Assembly: GCF_009914755.1 (NCBI RefSeq)
Contig: NC_060933.1
Length of the DNA stretch: 64,000 bases
Origin: the human T2T-CHM13v2.0 reference genome, Homo sapiens
Reading direction: 5' to 3' (one strand)
This document shows, piece after piece, positions 1 through 15,760 of the stretch (position 1 is the first letter of the stretch; each line of letters starts with the position of its first letter). The notes under the pieces were generated by a model, which worked only from the letters and a program-made list of their open reading frames with translations, had not been told where the DNA came from and did no database searches. Position numbers and translations under genes: made by a program.

Positions 1-2530
<2,530 letters not shown>

Positions 2531-3872
2531 AAAAGAAAACCAAAGCAGGAGAAAAATAAAGAGAAGGAAAAGAAAATTCATGATTGGATAGCAATGATTT
2601 TAAGTATAGAATTCTCATCAGATTTAATAGATGTCAGAATGAAAATGATCTAATATCTTCTACATTTTGATAAATAATTATTAATCAAAATTTGCATAAC
2701 TAGTAAGCTCTCTTTTAAGAGTGCAAAATAAATTTTAACATCCCTATTTTTCATTGATAGAAAAACTTTTATATTCAGTTTATTAGTAATGTTATTGAAA
2801 TAACAATAGAAATTATGTAAAACCAGAAAACACAAAATTGAATTCCACTTCCAGCTCAACAAACAGCTTTAGTGTAAATTTGTTTGTGTGACTCAGCTAG
2901 ACCTAGGCAACTCTGCAAGGAGGAAACTGGAAAATAAATGCCCTGACCTCAATTTCCTTGCTCCAAGCTGGAAGGTAAAAGACCCCATGATGGAGTCCAC
3001 ATATTTCAGCCTCCAGTAACAAAGAAGGTATGAAAATGGTGGTGGAGGATAGATCCAGAATGGCAAACAAAAATAGTGTTAACTTCCAAGACCACAGCCT
3101 TGTTTTTGATATCCAGTTCTAGTATTTATGTATCCAATAACACTGTTTACTCAAACTCATGGTGAACATGTGTTCACACTATTTCATATAGTCAATAGAT
3201 TACAAAATCCAAATAGTTGGAGAACCCAAAGAGAAACTTGAAAAAGCAGGAAATGCAAATGCATATAAAACAATTTTCCACTTCTTCCACTGAGACTTAT
3301 ACTTGTAAGTAATTTTTTAAGAAAATATTTAAATGGATATATAATTTTAAAAATACAAAAATAAAAAATTCAAATACATGTGAAACAACTGTGAAATTAA
3401 TTGTTGTCAAATCATATTAAAAATTATTATACAATATTTTTATCATTTCACTTTGCCAGATTCTTAAATGCTATCAATGAATGCTGCTCAGTTAGTAATT
3501 ACAATACCAATATCACAGACTTCTCTTAAGCATATATATGAAAAAACTAATATGGAAATGTACCTAGGCATCCAAAAATAATTGGTAACTTTTGTCTCAG
3601 TCATTTTTCTTCAAAGTATCTCGTTTTAAAAATCTATAAAAGATGTTAATTTATGTATAAACATATCTACCGTTCATTGCACTTATACTAAATTGAGCAA
3701 TAGTAAATTATAACACCACCATATAAAGAATATGTTTTGTTAACAAAAGTTTTAAGGTGAAATGTAAAAAATCTTTATGTGAGGTGGAAAAAGCAAAATT
3801 AAGGAATCGCCATTATTCAGAGAATAAAGGAAATATAACAAAGCATAATCACGGTTATTTTGATATGGAGGA

Positions 3873-4218
3873 TGCTATGGTTTGAATGTATGTGCCTCTC
3901 CAACATTCATATGTTGGAACTTAAACCCCACGGTAATGTTATTAAGAGGTAGGACCTTTTGGAACATGATTAAGTCATGAGAGCTTCACCCTTGTAAATA
4001 GATTAATGTCCTTGTAAAACAGGCTTCAGAATGCTTCCTGGCCATTCCATCTATTCTGTCATGTGAAGACACAGTATCCATCCCTTTTTGCTTCCTAATC
4101 TGTTAGTGCCTTGATCTTGGGCTTCCCAGCATCCAGAACTGTGATAAATACATTTCTGTTCTTTCTAAATTACCTACTCTAAGGTGTTTTGCTCTAGCAG
4201 CAAAAATAAACTAAGACA
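3873..4218 (+). mobile_element. MaLR solo LTR (MST/MLT1A group)
   Basis: Starts TGCTATGGTTTGAATG, ends CTAAGACA, and carries the typical CCTTGATCTTGGGCTTCCCAGCATCCAGAACTGTGA block. Near-perfect 5-bp TSD GAGGA/GTGGA. Confidence 0.88.
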
Positions 4219-4998
4219 GTGGAATTATAATGACAGTTATTACCTGTATTATAATATCGGAATTTTCCAAGTGTCTTACAATTATCCTTGTTAATTTCCT
4301 GATCATCAGAATAATTAGATAAAAGAAAATCAGTCAAACCTATACAGTCAAAAAGTTGACTTAGAAGTCTGGGTTAAAATCTTTTCAAATATACACACAC
4401 ACATAAGCATATGTGTATGTATACAATATATATGTAACTATACAGTATAGAGAAACTCTGTGAAAGAAAATTAAGACTGTCAGTTTATAATTACGCCTTA
4501 TATGTGTAAGGTTTGTATATGTTTACAGGGGTTTGTAGTTGCATATGCACCTTTATGTGTTTTCTTTGTAAAAGACTTCATAGTGCTTTTATGGGTGGCA
4601 ATTTTTCTTTACTTCATTCAGAAAGTGCTTAAGGTTTTGTTGGCTTGTTTATTCTTAATGATCAAACTAAACTTCATGAACAAAGAAACACACATTTTTC
4701 CTAGCAAGGTGAAGGAAAAGAATAGCTGTCCTTCACAAGTTCAAATCACGCTTTAAAAAAATCTATTACAAGTTAAATGCCATTAGGGTAACAGATTCAT
4801 TGCATCAAGCATCTGATTCTTGTGGCGGACATGGTATAATGATGACTAGGAAACCATCCATCTTCTTTTTGACAGGTGACCTATTTTAGAATCAGAAAGG
4901 CCATCAAAGGAAAGTTACTTTACTCATGTTTGTTCCTTTAATCCTCACTCAAAATTACTTAGATGATTTGCGGGACAAGAGCTCTTTAATTTTTTAAT

Positions 4999-5286
4999 TT
5001 TTTTTTTTTTTTTTTTTTGAGGCGGAGTCTTGCTCTGTCGCCCAGGTAATGCAGTGGTGCTCACTGCAACCTCCGCCTTCAGGGTTCAAGCAATTCTTCT
5101 GCTTCAGCCTCCTGAGTAGCTGGCACTACAGGCATGTGCCACCAAGTCCACCTAATTTTTGTGTTTTTAGTAGAGACGGGGTTTCACCATTTCGGCCAGG
5201 AATGTCTTGATCTCTTGATCTCGTGATCCACTCGCCTCGGCATCTCAAAGTGCTGGGATTACAGGCATGAGCCACCGTGCCCGGCT
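4999..5286 (-). mobile_element. AluS (AluSc-like)
   Basis: Poly-T plus Alu reverse complement. Near-identical flanks (CTTTAATTTTTTAAT-like) at ~4984-4998 and ~5290-5305. Confidence 0.92.
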
Positions 5287-5639
5287 GCCTTTTAATTTTT
5301 TTAATCTAATTATATTCACGTGTATGAGGATATACCAAATTATTATTTTTGACATAATTGATAAGTTTTTAAACAATAAACAATTTTGGGACTGTAACAA
5401 GCAGATGCTAAAATTATTGAATGTACCAGTAAATACTATTTTCTGTAATTTAATTTTTATTTAGAATTTGTCAGTCAATATTTTGTAGTTTTTCTTTGAG
5501 GTTCCCATATGCAGAACACTAGAAATGGTGATGTAGAAATGCAAAATGCATAATCAATTGTTAAAATGCTGCTTTATTTTCTAAATATTATACACTGTTT
5601 TTTTAATTTCATGAATCTGTTTTACTATAAATGATTAGT

Positions 5640-6110
5640 CAGCCAATAATTATCTTTTGAGATCTCTGTTTAAATTAATATCCACAAAATAAATTTAATT
5701 GAGCATCAGAAGGGCCATTGGTGTTCTGTTACTGATGTGTTAGCTCTAACATGAAGGTAGCAATTTATCATCATGCTATAAATAGAAAAAACAGAGTGGA
5801 CGGCATTGGCTGGTCTTGTTTTTTTAAATATTCCTTCAGGGTAAATGATGACATAACCTAATTACAGTGATGGAGCTTTCATTGTAGGGAAAATTGTTAT
5901 CTTATTTAACAATCAAGTAATTAGCTTCTTTATTGGATGGTTTGCTGTATGTTACTAATTAAGCTATCCACTGGAATTTATTAAAAGTCAGTGAAAAAAC
6001 TGCTGCTATAACATTAAAGCAGTCAGCTCAATAGAAATGCAATTGATATTATGTAATTTTGTCAATTAAACATGTTTACAGTTCCTTCTCTACAAAAAGT
6101 TACAACATAT
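5640..6110. promoter_or_regulatory. Candidate conserved non-coding element/enhancer
   Basis: No recognisable repeat. Clustered TAATTA (5859, 5918, 5956), SOX-like CATTGT (5880) and AACAAT (5908), TTTATTG (5929), FOX-like TGTTTAC (6073). Motif inference only. Confidence 0.35.
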
Positions 6111-6519
6111 TCACATGGGATTTTAGGGTAGAGCCTATATCTTCCCAAGACTTATATGTTGTAGCTTGAGTGTTTTAGGTTATAAAAGAAAAAATAATTA
6201 ACAATACTAAATGGAGACAAATTAGTTTTTTAATCTTCAGTGTTTACAAAATTAAGGTGCATTTACAATATTTGTTTAAATGCCTAAGTGTGTGTATTAA
6301 TACCGTAAACTTTCTTGTTGATAATTGCAGTTCATGACCAATTCCAATATTCATTTTACTGCTAAAATTCCATGGTAATTTAATAAATATAATGCAATAT
6401 GATTTAGTGGTATTCAATTTACTGCTTTGGGGATTAAAACTCTACTAAGAAAGGATGCTTCCGCATACTAAGAAAGATTTTGTGTCAAATAGATATACTG
6501 AACACCTGAACACGTTGTG

Positions 6520-6900
6520 TTTGTAATTTACTGTGTCATGAGCCATGGAACCCAAAGGCCATGATTTCTGGCATGGAGCTCTGGTATGGTCTAGCAGCAA
6601 AGACAGGCAACAAACCAATTATTAGGATTCATTACAGAACTACAAGTGTGAAAGTGATGTGAAGGAGGTTGTGAGGGAAGAGAAACAATGAAAATCTGAC
6701 AAAGCCATGGAGCATCAAGAAAGGCTTCCCTCTTGTAGGGTCTTTTAATCTGAGAACAGAAGGATGGGTATGAGTCAGTAGATAGAGCTGGAGGGGGATA
6801 CTTCCATGCAGAATTAACAGTAAGTGCTGAAGTCTAGAGAGAGGAGAGATCATGGGATACGTAAAACATTTTTTCAAAGTTCTAGTATGACTAGAAAGAA
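6520..6900 (-). mobile_element. L2 fragment
   Basis: Degenerate L2 reverse-complement phrasing (AAGAAAGGCTTCCC...TCTGAGAACAGAAGGATGGGTATGAG). Confidence 0.6.
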
Positions 6901-6924
6901 GATGATGAATAATCATTGCACCAC

Positions 6925-7020
6925 TTATTGGCATGTGACCATAAGCTAGTCATTGAAGCTTTCTGAATGAAGTTTTCTCTTCAGAGAAACCTGGGGATTA
7001 CCCTAGAGTTTGTTGAACCA
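6925..7020 (+). mobile_element. MIR fragment
   Basis: TGTGACCATAAGCTAGTCATTGAAGCTTTCTGAATGAAGTTTTCTC resembles the MIR core. Confidence 0.45.
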
Positions 7021-7170
7021 CATAAATAGCCCTTTATGTGGATAATGAAGGTCAAATACCAGTAAACTTACATGGCTTATCCCAATGTAAATTTAAGAGA
7101 GATGCTGCCAGTTTTATATTGATGTAAAGGTATTAAATTCCTGTAATTAAACCACATCAAAAGCTGTCCA

Positions 7171-7200
7171 AAAAGTGTTTAATACAAAAGTGTTTAATAC
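7171..7200. repeat. Perfect 15-bp tandem duplication (AAAAGTGTTTAATAC x2)
   Basis: Directly visible at 7171-7185 and 7186-7200. Confidence 0.95.
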
Positions 7201-9339
7201 AACCTTCTTTTGAACTGAATGTTTTAAAAATCACACTTTTAAGCTTTTGGCAGTGCTTAGCTTTAACATCATTGCAAAACAGACCTTGCCCCTCAAAGAC
7301 ACTTGTCTGATGATATGTGTATTTAAAGCTGCTGGTAACTGACTGTTGCTGTTTTTAGCACTGCTTTGGCTGTCTAAACCTAGTCAAGACAAATTATACC
7401 TGGGCGGTGTTGGCAATAGTTGGAGCACTTGAGTGAAACATCCCTTTGATAGTTAGATTACACTTGTCTTCCGAGTTCAGTGTAAATGCAATTTGAGAGG
7501 ATTGTTGCTTGTTTCTGGTAAGTGTTGTGACTGGAAGATGAAAATATGTCACACTGGCTTGTTGGCTCTACTTGGAAAAGACATGGAACTGTCACAGGCA
7601 AGAAGAAACAAAATGTTTCATTGTCTACATTAAACTCTAAGAACTTAAAAGATCTGCTGTGTAAACAAAGTTGAGGTACTTTTTGTTCACTAACTTCTTG
7701 CAACTCCAAAATAAGAGGTGCTCTGGGCACCATTTTTTCATGGTTATTGAAGGATTATTGTTTAAGAGAAAAGTTTTCCCTCCCAGAAAATATTGGCTAT
7801 TCACATTTGTGATATATCAGAAGAAAGGGAAAGCAAATATCCCATCTGGAAAAGAGATGGTGGAAAATGTTCACTGTGGGATACAATTCTATCATTTGAA
7901 GATACATTACTCTTGAAATAACTCCCATATTTTTAGAAGAGGACAAATTTTCACCTAGAATATAGAAGAGAAATAATAACACAACAAACAAGAATCACTT
8001 CCAAAGATCTCTTATTAGTTACCAAGGAATACACGTATCAACTAAGTTGCGACCCTAGGAAAGGAAAGCAAAATTTATTTGATTTTTGGCTCCATGGCTA
8101 TATAAAATATGGGTTTGGAGAATATAATTATACTTTATATTTATTCTAGAATATGATTAAGGTTGTTTTGCATACTATTATTATTCTACCTCAGGGTAAT
8201 AATAAACCATGTGTACCTACTATGGGATAGACATTTTGATTTCTTCATTTTATACTTAATAACAACAACAAAAATTCTGGTGGGCATAGGTACTTGAACT
8301 GATGTAAATTAGGATGACCTTAGCCATAAGTTAGAATCTTTTCTTAGGTAGTTTCTGTTTAATGAAATGAGGTCAGAGTATACTGCAAGCCTGTATCTGG
8401 TAGGATTTATTTTTATTTTGGTGGTGGTTTCTTTTAATTGTTTTCTCTATTGCCAATTTCTTCCCATTTCCCTTCCATCTGTCTTTCAGAGTTTGATACT
8501 AGATTAGGTGCCAGACATAGTGTTTGTCGATGATATGAATTTCCATTTCCTTCTGAGTCTTTATGAGTATTTTAGTAAGAAGTTGGGGGAGGTTGTATTG
8601 ATAGATATATGAGAATGAAAATTTGAATCAAGTTTTAAATATAATCTTTAAGTTCTAGTTAAATTTAAAAAAATGCTATAGCTCTAAGAACATATAGATT
8701 CAAAGACTAAAAATAGTGGAGTAACTGACAGGCAATGGAAGACAATGCTGTCACGTTTATAGATAGAAAAGTTAGTGCCTTTAATACCTTAGTAAAGATT
8801 TATAGAATAATGTAAAGAGAAGGGAGAAGAGATATGACATATAATTACATGGAAGGAAAAAAGTGAATTCATGATAAAACATTAATTTTTTCTAAGATTG
8901 TATAGATTAGATGTGCTCATGAGCTCTAAACCAGATTGGCAGGTCAGCATATATTTGAAGGAGGCCATATCTGGATTTTTCTTGGGGATTTTCTCCAAAA
9001 GTACTCTTTTGTTCAGTTTTCAAGTAGAAAACTGACACATGAGGTTGACTCCAGATTGAATACTGAATGACAGTTTCAGGAATACATTTTGGATATAATA
9101 GAATTTAAATGAAAAGGAAACCCTAAAATGATAGTAGGGTAAGCATGAGAATAAGTGGACCCAGAAATTGTGGGAAGAGTTCAAAAGAAAAAGACAAAAG
9201 TTAACAAGGAATTGTATCAATGATTATGCAAGTGTATGGTGCAGTGAGGTTTTGATGGGAGTGGGTATGGCATCACACTGATATTCTGGGATTGAGTGTT
9301 ACTGTTGTAGAACCTAGACTGTCCTGTCTAATACACATA

Positions 9340-9430
9340 TGTAAGTGACCGTCTTATTATAACCTGAAAATTTGGTATCCAAGCCCTCATTGTTATAGAT
9401 GAGAAGACAGAGGCTCAAGGGGTTAAGGAA
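9340..9430 (-). mobile_element. MIR fragment
   Basis: CCCTCATTGTTATAGATGAGAAGACAGAGGCTCAAGGGGTTAAG matches the MIR core reverse complement. Confidence 0.65.
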
Positions 9431-10825
9431 GAGTGAAGAAGATGTGAAGGTGCTAATTCATCACTTACAGCTTGAAATGTTGACCACTGTGATGATGGAT
9501 TTGTCCAACTATAGTTGTGGAGTTCAGAAACATATATTCCAATATTTCCTGTGATCTAGTTAGAACTCAAAGCAATGAGCACTGCATTAGTATTCCTGCA
9601 ATGGAAGAACTTCAGCTTCACAAATGGAAGGAAATGTTCAGAAAACAAAGTGGATAACATTGGTTGTCTTGTCTTATTTTCTTTGTGTAGTATTCAGAAA
9701 AAGAATCCACATCATAACTTTTTATTACATTAAACTAAACAATTATAATCTTGAAAATGTGTGATTTGGAGTTCTATGTACCAGTGCCTACATTGTCTCC
9801 TACTTTTTTATGTTCAATAATTTATGTTTTTAAAAATCAAATTATTTCATTTAAAATGGTTAATAGTACATCCTCAAAAAATTTATAACATTAAAATAAT
9901 CCTTGATCTTCACTCACAGTTGATTTTCATGTCAGATAATCCCAAATGAATTTTTGTACATTAAAAACAGGCAGGTATAGTACAACTTGTGAGATTAATT
10001 TCCATTTATCAGGATAGAAAGAATGGATATTAAGAATTGAATTCACAGCTAGGTGTCAAAAGCAAAACTACAACAACATAACATACATGCTTAATATTTT
10101 CATAAAGTCATCCCATTCTCTGGCAAGAAATTTCAATTAGTGACTATTAATCAAATTTAAGTAACTCGGATATTATAGTTTCTTAACTTAAAATTGATAC
10201 TGGTAATGAGATTTCAATCTCTAAATGATTAATTTGAGATCATACATTTGTTGTACCTTTAGTCAAGGCCCAATAAATAGATGTGAAATAACATGGGAAA
10301 ATGAAAACAACTTTAATAATTTGGGGAATTCTCCTTCTTTCACATTTTGCTTTCTAACACTAAAAATTAAGTGAATCTTCAATGGAACCGTTGAAAGTAA
10401 GCATTAGTTTTGGTAAAAAGATTTATACTATATCCTTGCTTAATTGTTTTCTATAATTCTTCTTCGGATTCATTGCCTGGAAGGTGTTAAAAGCAAAACT
10501 TATCAATTTTGATTCTTTTTGCAAACTATCTCCCAACCAAGCCAGCATTCCTTACCCTGGAGGTGATTCTGAATGCTGATACTAGTTGACGTCTAAAAAG
10601 ATTCTCGATGAGAACTAGCAATGCTCTCGTAAATTCTAGCTTCTTACTATGACAGCTCAACATTGCTTCTAGAATTTCTGTTTAATGGTATACTTAGTAA
10701 ATTTTAATATACAAATATAAGAATAATATAAAGAAACATCATTAACATATTTTAAAATCTTCTGCTTTTAATATTAGTGGTCATATAAAAGATGCCTTTC
10801 TACTCTTTAACATTCCTAAAACAAC

Positions 10826-10867
<42 letters not shown>
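10826..10867. repeat. Compound (TA)n(CA)n microsatellite
   Basis: About 12 TA units followed by about 9 CA units. Confidence 0.95.
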
Positions 10868-11971
10868 ATATATAATACACTATATATACTATATATAATG
10901 ATATAGTATAATAAAACGCAAGACCATTATGTTTTACATAACCTAAAAGCAATTAAATCAAACAACCCAGAATTATGTATCAGATATTTTTCTTTTTTTT
11001 TCAAATGTATAACAAGTTTAATGAAACTAAAATTGTGATCAAATACACAAATCTGGTAAAATGACAACTACCTTATCTGTTTGACCTACTTTGCCTTTTG
11101 TGCTTCTCATACCTTATGATAGCAATGAAATTACAAATATTTTTCCTGTAGACATTACTGAGGAGAAATTAGAAACTATACTAAAGTATGAAATATAAGA
11201 ATATATACATTTCCTGTTTAATATGTACATGTACCTGCAAATTAGTTAGACTTCCTAAGGTATTATCTTTGTTATATGAATTCTTTTCTCAGTTATTTCC
11301 AGTGCATAGCTCACTTTTATTTCTTTCTAAGGCTAAAGTTGATAATGCAGGTGTGGAGAGAGACAGGGCCTGTAGATTAGCACCAGGTGAAATCTGTATT
11401 GCCAGTAAAAGGAAAAGAACAAAGCAAGAAAGAAATCAGTGGTGCAAAACTGTATATTCTGGTTAGTACCAGTACTTTCTTTTCATTAGAACTAGGTCAC
11501 TTATGGTGAACAATGGAGGAAAATAGAATTGTGACCTAAATAAGGTGCATGATTCTTACCTCATTTATTTATTTATTTATTCATCACCCATTTAGGAACA
11601 CCTAATAATAATAGATTTAATTCTTGAGAACTTACTCATGTCAGAATCTTTGTATCCAAGTATTAAAAAACTACTCAACATGGCAGCTACTACCAGTCTT
11701 ATTTGAGTGATAAAGACCTTCAGGATTCCAGAAGCTAAGAAACATATCCAAGCTCTTAGACTCGTTGCATGCTGGAACATTTGGGCACAGGTTTGTTTTA
11801 TTTCAATCTGTACTCCTTTCAACGACTGTATTAGGCATTCTTTTATACTGATAAATTTTGTACAAATTTGAATAGGAAGAAAAGTACAAAAGGTATCAAA
11901 AAGAAAAAAAATGTATATAGCATATATTAATAACAAAGCAAAGACTTTCAAAATTTGGCCTATAAATATTT

Positions 11972-12266
11972 TTCTTTTCTTTTTGAGACGGAGTCTCATT
12001 CTGCGGCCCAGGCTGGAGCGCAGTGGTGCAATCTCCCGTCACCGCAAGCTCCACCTCCTGGGTTCCTGCCATTCTCCTGCCTCAGCCTCCCATGTAGCTG
12101 GGACTACAGGTGCCCGCCACCACGCCTGGCTAATTTTTTGTACTTTTAGTAGAGACGGGGTTTCACTGTGTTAGCCAGGATGGTCTAGATCACCTGACCT
12201 CGTCATCAGCCAGCCTCCGCCTCCCAAAGTGCTGGGATTACAGGCGTGAGCCACTGCGCCCAGCCC
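11972..12266 (-). mobile_element. AluY
   Basis: Alu reverse complement with GCAAGCTCC and TTAGCCAGGATGG. Perfect 16-bp TSD TGGCCTATAAATATTT at 11956-11971 and 12267-12282. Confidence 0.95.
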
Positions 12267-12459
12267 TGGCCTATAAATATTTCAATTCAGATTTACACAT
12301 ATATGTATTTTAAAAAGGTTACAATTAACAGATCACTGTTTGTATTAATGAAAGTCTGTCAATAAAACAAAGCAAGAGTAATCTAGAATAACAATTCCTG
12401 GTCATTTCTGCCACTACAGAAACAATGAAAATCCTAAAAAGAAAAACTGGCAGCATTTA

Positions 12460-12780
<321 letters not shown>

Positions 12781-12840
12781 ATCTGTACTCACTATCTATC
12801 TCGAAAAATAATATATTTCTTCTTTAGCAAATTTCCCTGT

Positions 12841-12887
12841 CTTTTTCTTTCTTCTTTCTTTCTTTCTTCTTTTTTTCTCTTTTTCTT

Positions 12888-12943
<56 letters not shown>

Positions 12944-13225
12944 ATACAGGGTCTCCCTCTGTCATGATCTGGGTTGGAGTGCAGTGGTGCAATCATGGCT
13001 CACTGCAACTTTGACTTCCTATGTTCAAGTAATTCTCCCACCTCAGCCTTTTGTGTAGCTAGGACTACAGGCACACAACCATACCCCGCTGTTTTTTGTA
13101 TTTTTTTGTAGAGACAGGGTTTCGCTATATTGCCCAGGTTGTTCTCAAACTCCTGGGCTCAAGCAATCTGCCCAACTCGGCCACCCAAAGTGCTGGGATT
13201 ATAGGCACGAGTCACCTGTCTGGCC
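12841..13225 (-). mobile_element. AluJ with a very long T/CT tail (53-nt pure T run at 12890-12942)
   Basis: AluJ-type ATCATGGCTCACTGCA and CCTGGGCTCAAGCAATC. TSD TTTAG(C/T)AAATTTC at ~12823 and ~13226. Confidence 0.92.
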
Positions 13226-15382
13226 TTTAGTAAATTTCTTGTATTCCCTTTTTAAAAAAGATTATTTTTATCTATCTATCTAACTAACGTCTATTTATTA
13301 GCTTTTACTTTAGGTTCAGGGGTACATGGTTAGGTTTGTTTTATAGGTCAATTGTGTGACACTGGGTTTGGTGTACAGATTATTTAGTCACCTATGTAAT
13401 AAGCTTAGCACTTGATAAGTAGTTTTTGTTTGTTTGTTTGTTTGCTTGTTTTTTTTATCTTTACTCTCCCTCTCTTCCACCCTCAAGTAGGCTCTGCTGT
13501 CTCTAGTTCCCTTCTTTGTGTCTATACGTACTGAATAGTTACCTCTCATTTACAAAAGAGAACATATGGCATTTGTTTTTCTCTTCCTGTGTTAACTCAC
13601 TTAGGATAAATGGCTTCCAGGTCCACCCACGTTGCTGTAAAGGACATGATCTAGTTCTTTTTTATGGCTACGTAGTATTCCATGGCTTTTATGTATCACA
13701 ATTCCTATATGCAGTCTGTTGTTGATGGGCACCTAGGTTGATTCAATGTCTGCTATTGTGAATAGTGCTGTGATAAACATAATGCACATGTATCTTTATG
13801 GTAGAACAATTTATGTTTCTTCAGGTAGTTACCCAAAAATGGGATTGCTGGGTTGAATGGTAATTCTACTTGAGCTCTTTGAGAAATTGACAAATTGCTT
13901 TCCATAATGTCTGAACTAACTTACATTCACAACAGCAGTATGTAAACATTTCCTTTTCTTTGCAACCTTCACTAGCATCTGCTATTTTTTTACTTTTTAA
14001 TGATAGCCATTCTGACCAGAGTGAGATGGTATCTCATTGTGGTTTTGAGTTGCACTTCTTTAAAGATAAATAATGTTAAGCATTTTTTTGTATGCTTATT
14101 GGCTGCATTTATGCCTTCTTTTGAAAAATGTCTGTTCATGTCTGTTGCCCACTTTCTAATGGGGTTGTTTGTTTTTTGCTTGTTACTTTAAGTTTCTTAA
14201 AGATTCTGGACAATAAACCTTTGTCAAATGCACAGTTTGCAAATATTTTCTGCTATTCTGTAGATTGTTTATTCTGTTCACAGTTTCTTTTGCTGTGTAG
14301 AAACTCTTTAAATAGATCCCATTTGTCCGTTTTTGTTTTTGTTCCAATTGCTTTTGGCCTCTTCATCATGAAATTTTTGCCAGGGCTTATGCCCAGAATG
14401 GTATTTTCTAGGTTATCTTCCAGGGTTTTTATAATTTGAGATTTTACATTTAAGTCTGTAATGCATCTTGAGTTGATTTTTGCATATGGTGTAAGGAAGG
14501 GGTCCAGTTTCTATCTTCTGCATTTCTGCATATGACTAGCCGGTTATCCAAGCACCATTTATTTAATAGAGAGTCCTTTCCCTATTGCTTATTATTGTTG
14601 ACTTTGTTGAAGATCAGCTGATTGTAGGTGTGTGGCTTTATTTCTGTGTTCTCTATTCTATTCCATTGGTCTTATGTGTCTGTTTTGTACCAGTATCATG
14701 CTGTTTTGGTTATTGTAGCTTTGTAGTATAGTTTCAAGTCAGGTAATGCGATGCCTCCAGGTTTGTTCCTTTCACTTAGGATTGCCTTGGTTATATGTGC
14801 TCTTTTTTGGTTCCATATGAATTTTAAAATAGTTTTTTTCAAATTCTATGAAGAATGCCGTTGGTAGTTTCATAGGTATAGCATTGAATCTGTAAATTGC
14901 TTCGGGCAGTATAGCCATTTTAATGATATTGATTCTTCCTATCTATGAACATGGGGTGTTTTTCCATCTCTGATTTATTTGAGCAGTATTTTATAATTCT
15001 TGTTGTAGAGACCTTTCACCTCCCTGGTTAACTGTATTTCTTGGTATTTTATTCTTCTTGTGGCTATTGTCAATGGGACTGTGTTCTTGATTTGGTTCTC
15101 AGTTTGGGTGTTGTTTATATATAGGAATGCTAGTGATTTTTGTACATCGATTTTTGTATCCTGAAACTGCTGAAGTTGTTTATGAGATCAAGGAGCTTTT
15201 GGGCAGAAGCTGTGAGGTTTTCTAGTTAAAGAATCATATTGTCTGCAAACAGTAATAGTTTGACTCCTCTCTTACTATTTGGATGCCGTTTATTTCTTTC
15301 TCATGCCTAATTACTCTGACCAGGATTTCTAGTACTATGTCGAATAGGAATGGTGAGAGATGTCATACTTGTCTTGGGCTGA

Positions 15383-15760
<378 letters not shown>

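Noticed and set aside
2870-3075. Possible old LTR fragment
   Set aside because: Only a vague resemblance, so I cannot name or bound it reliably.
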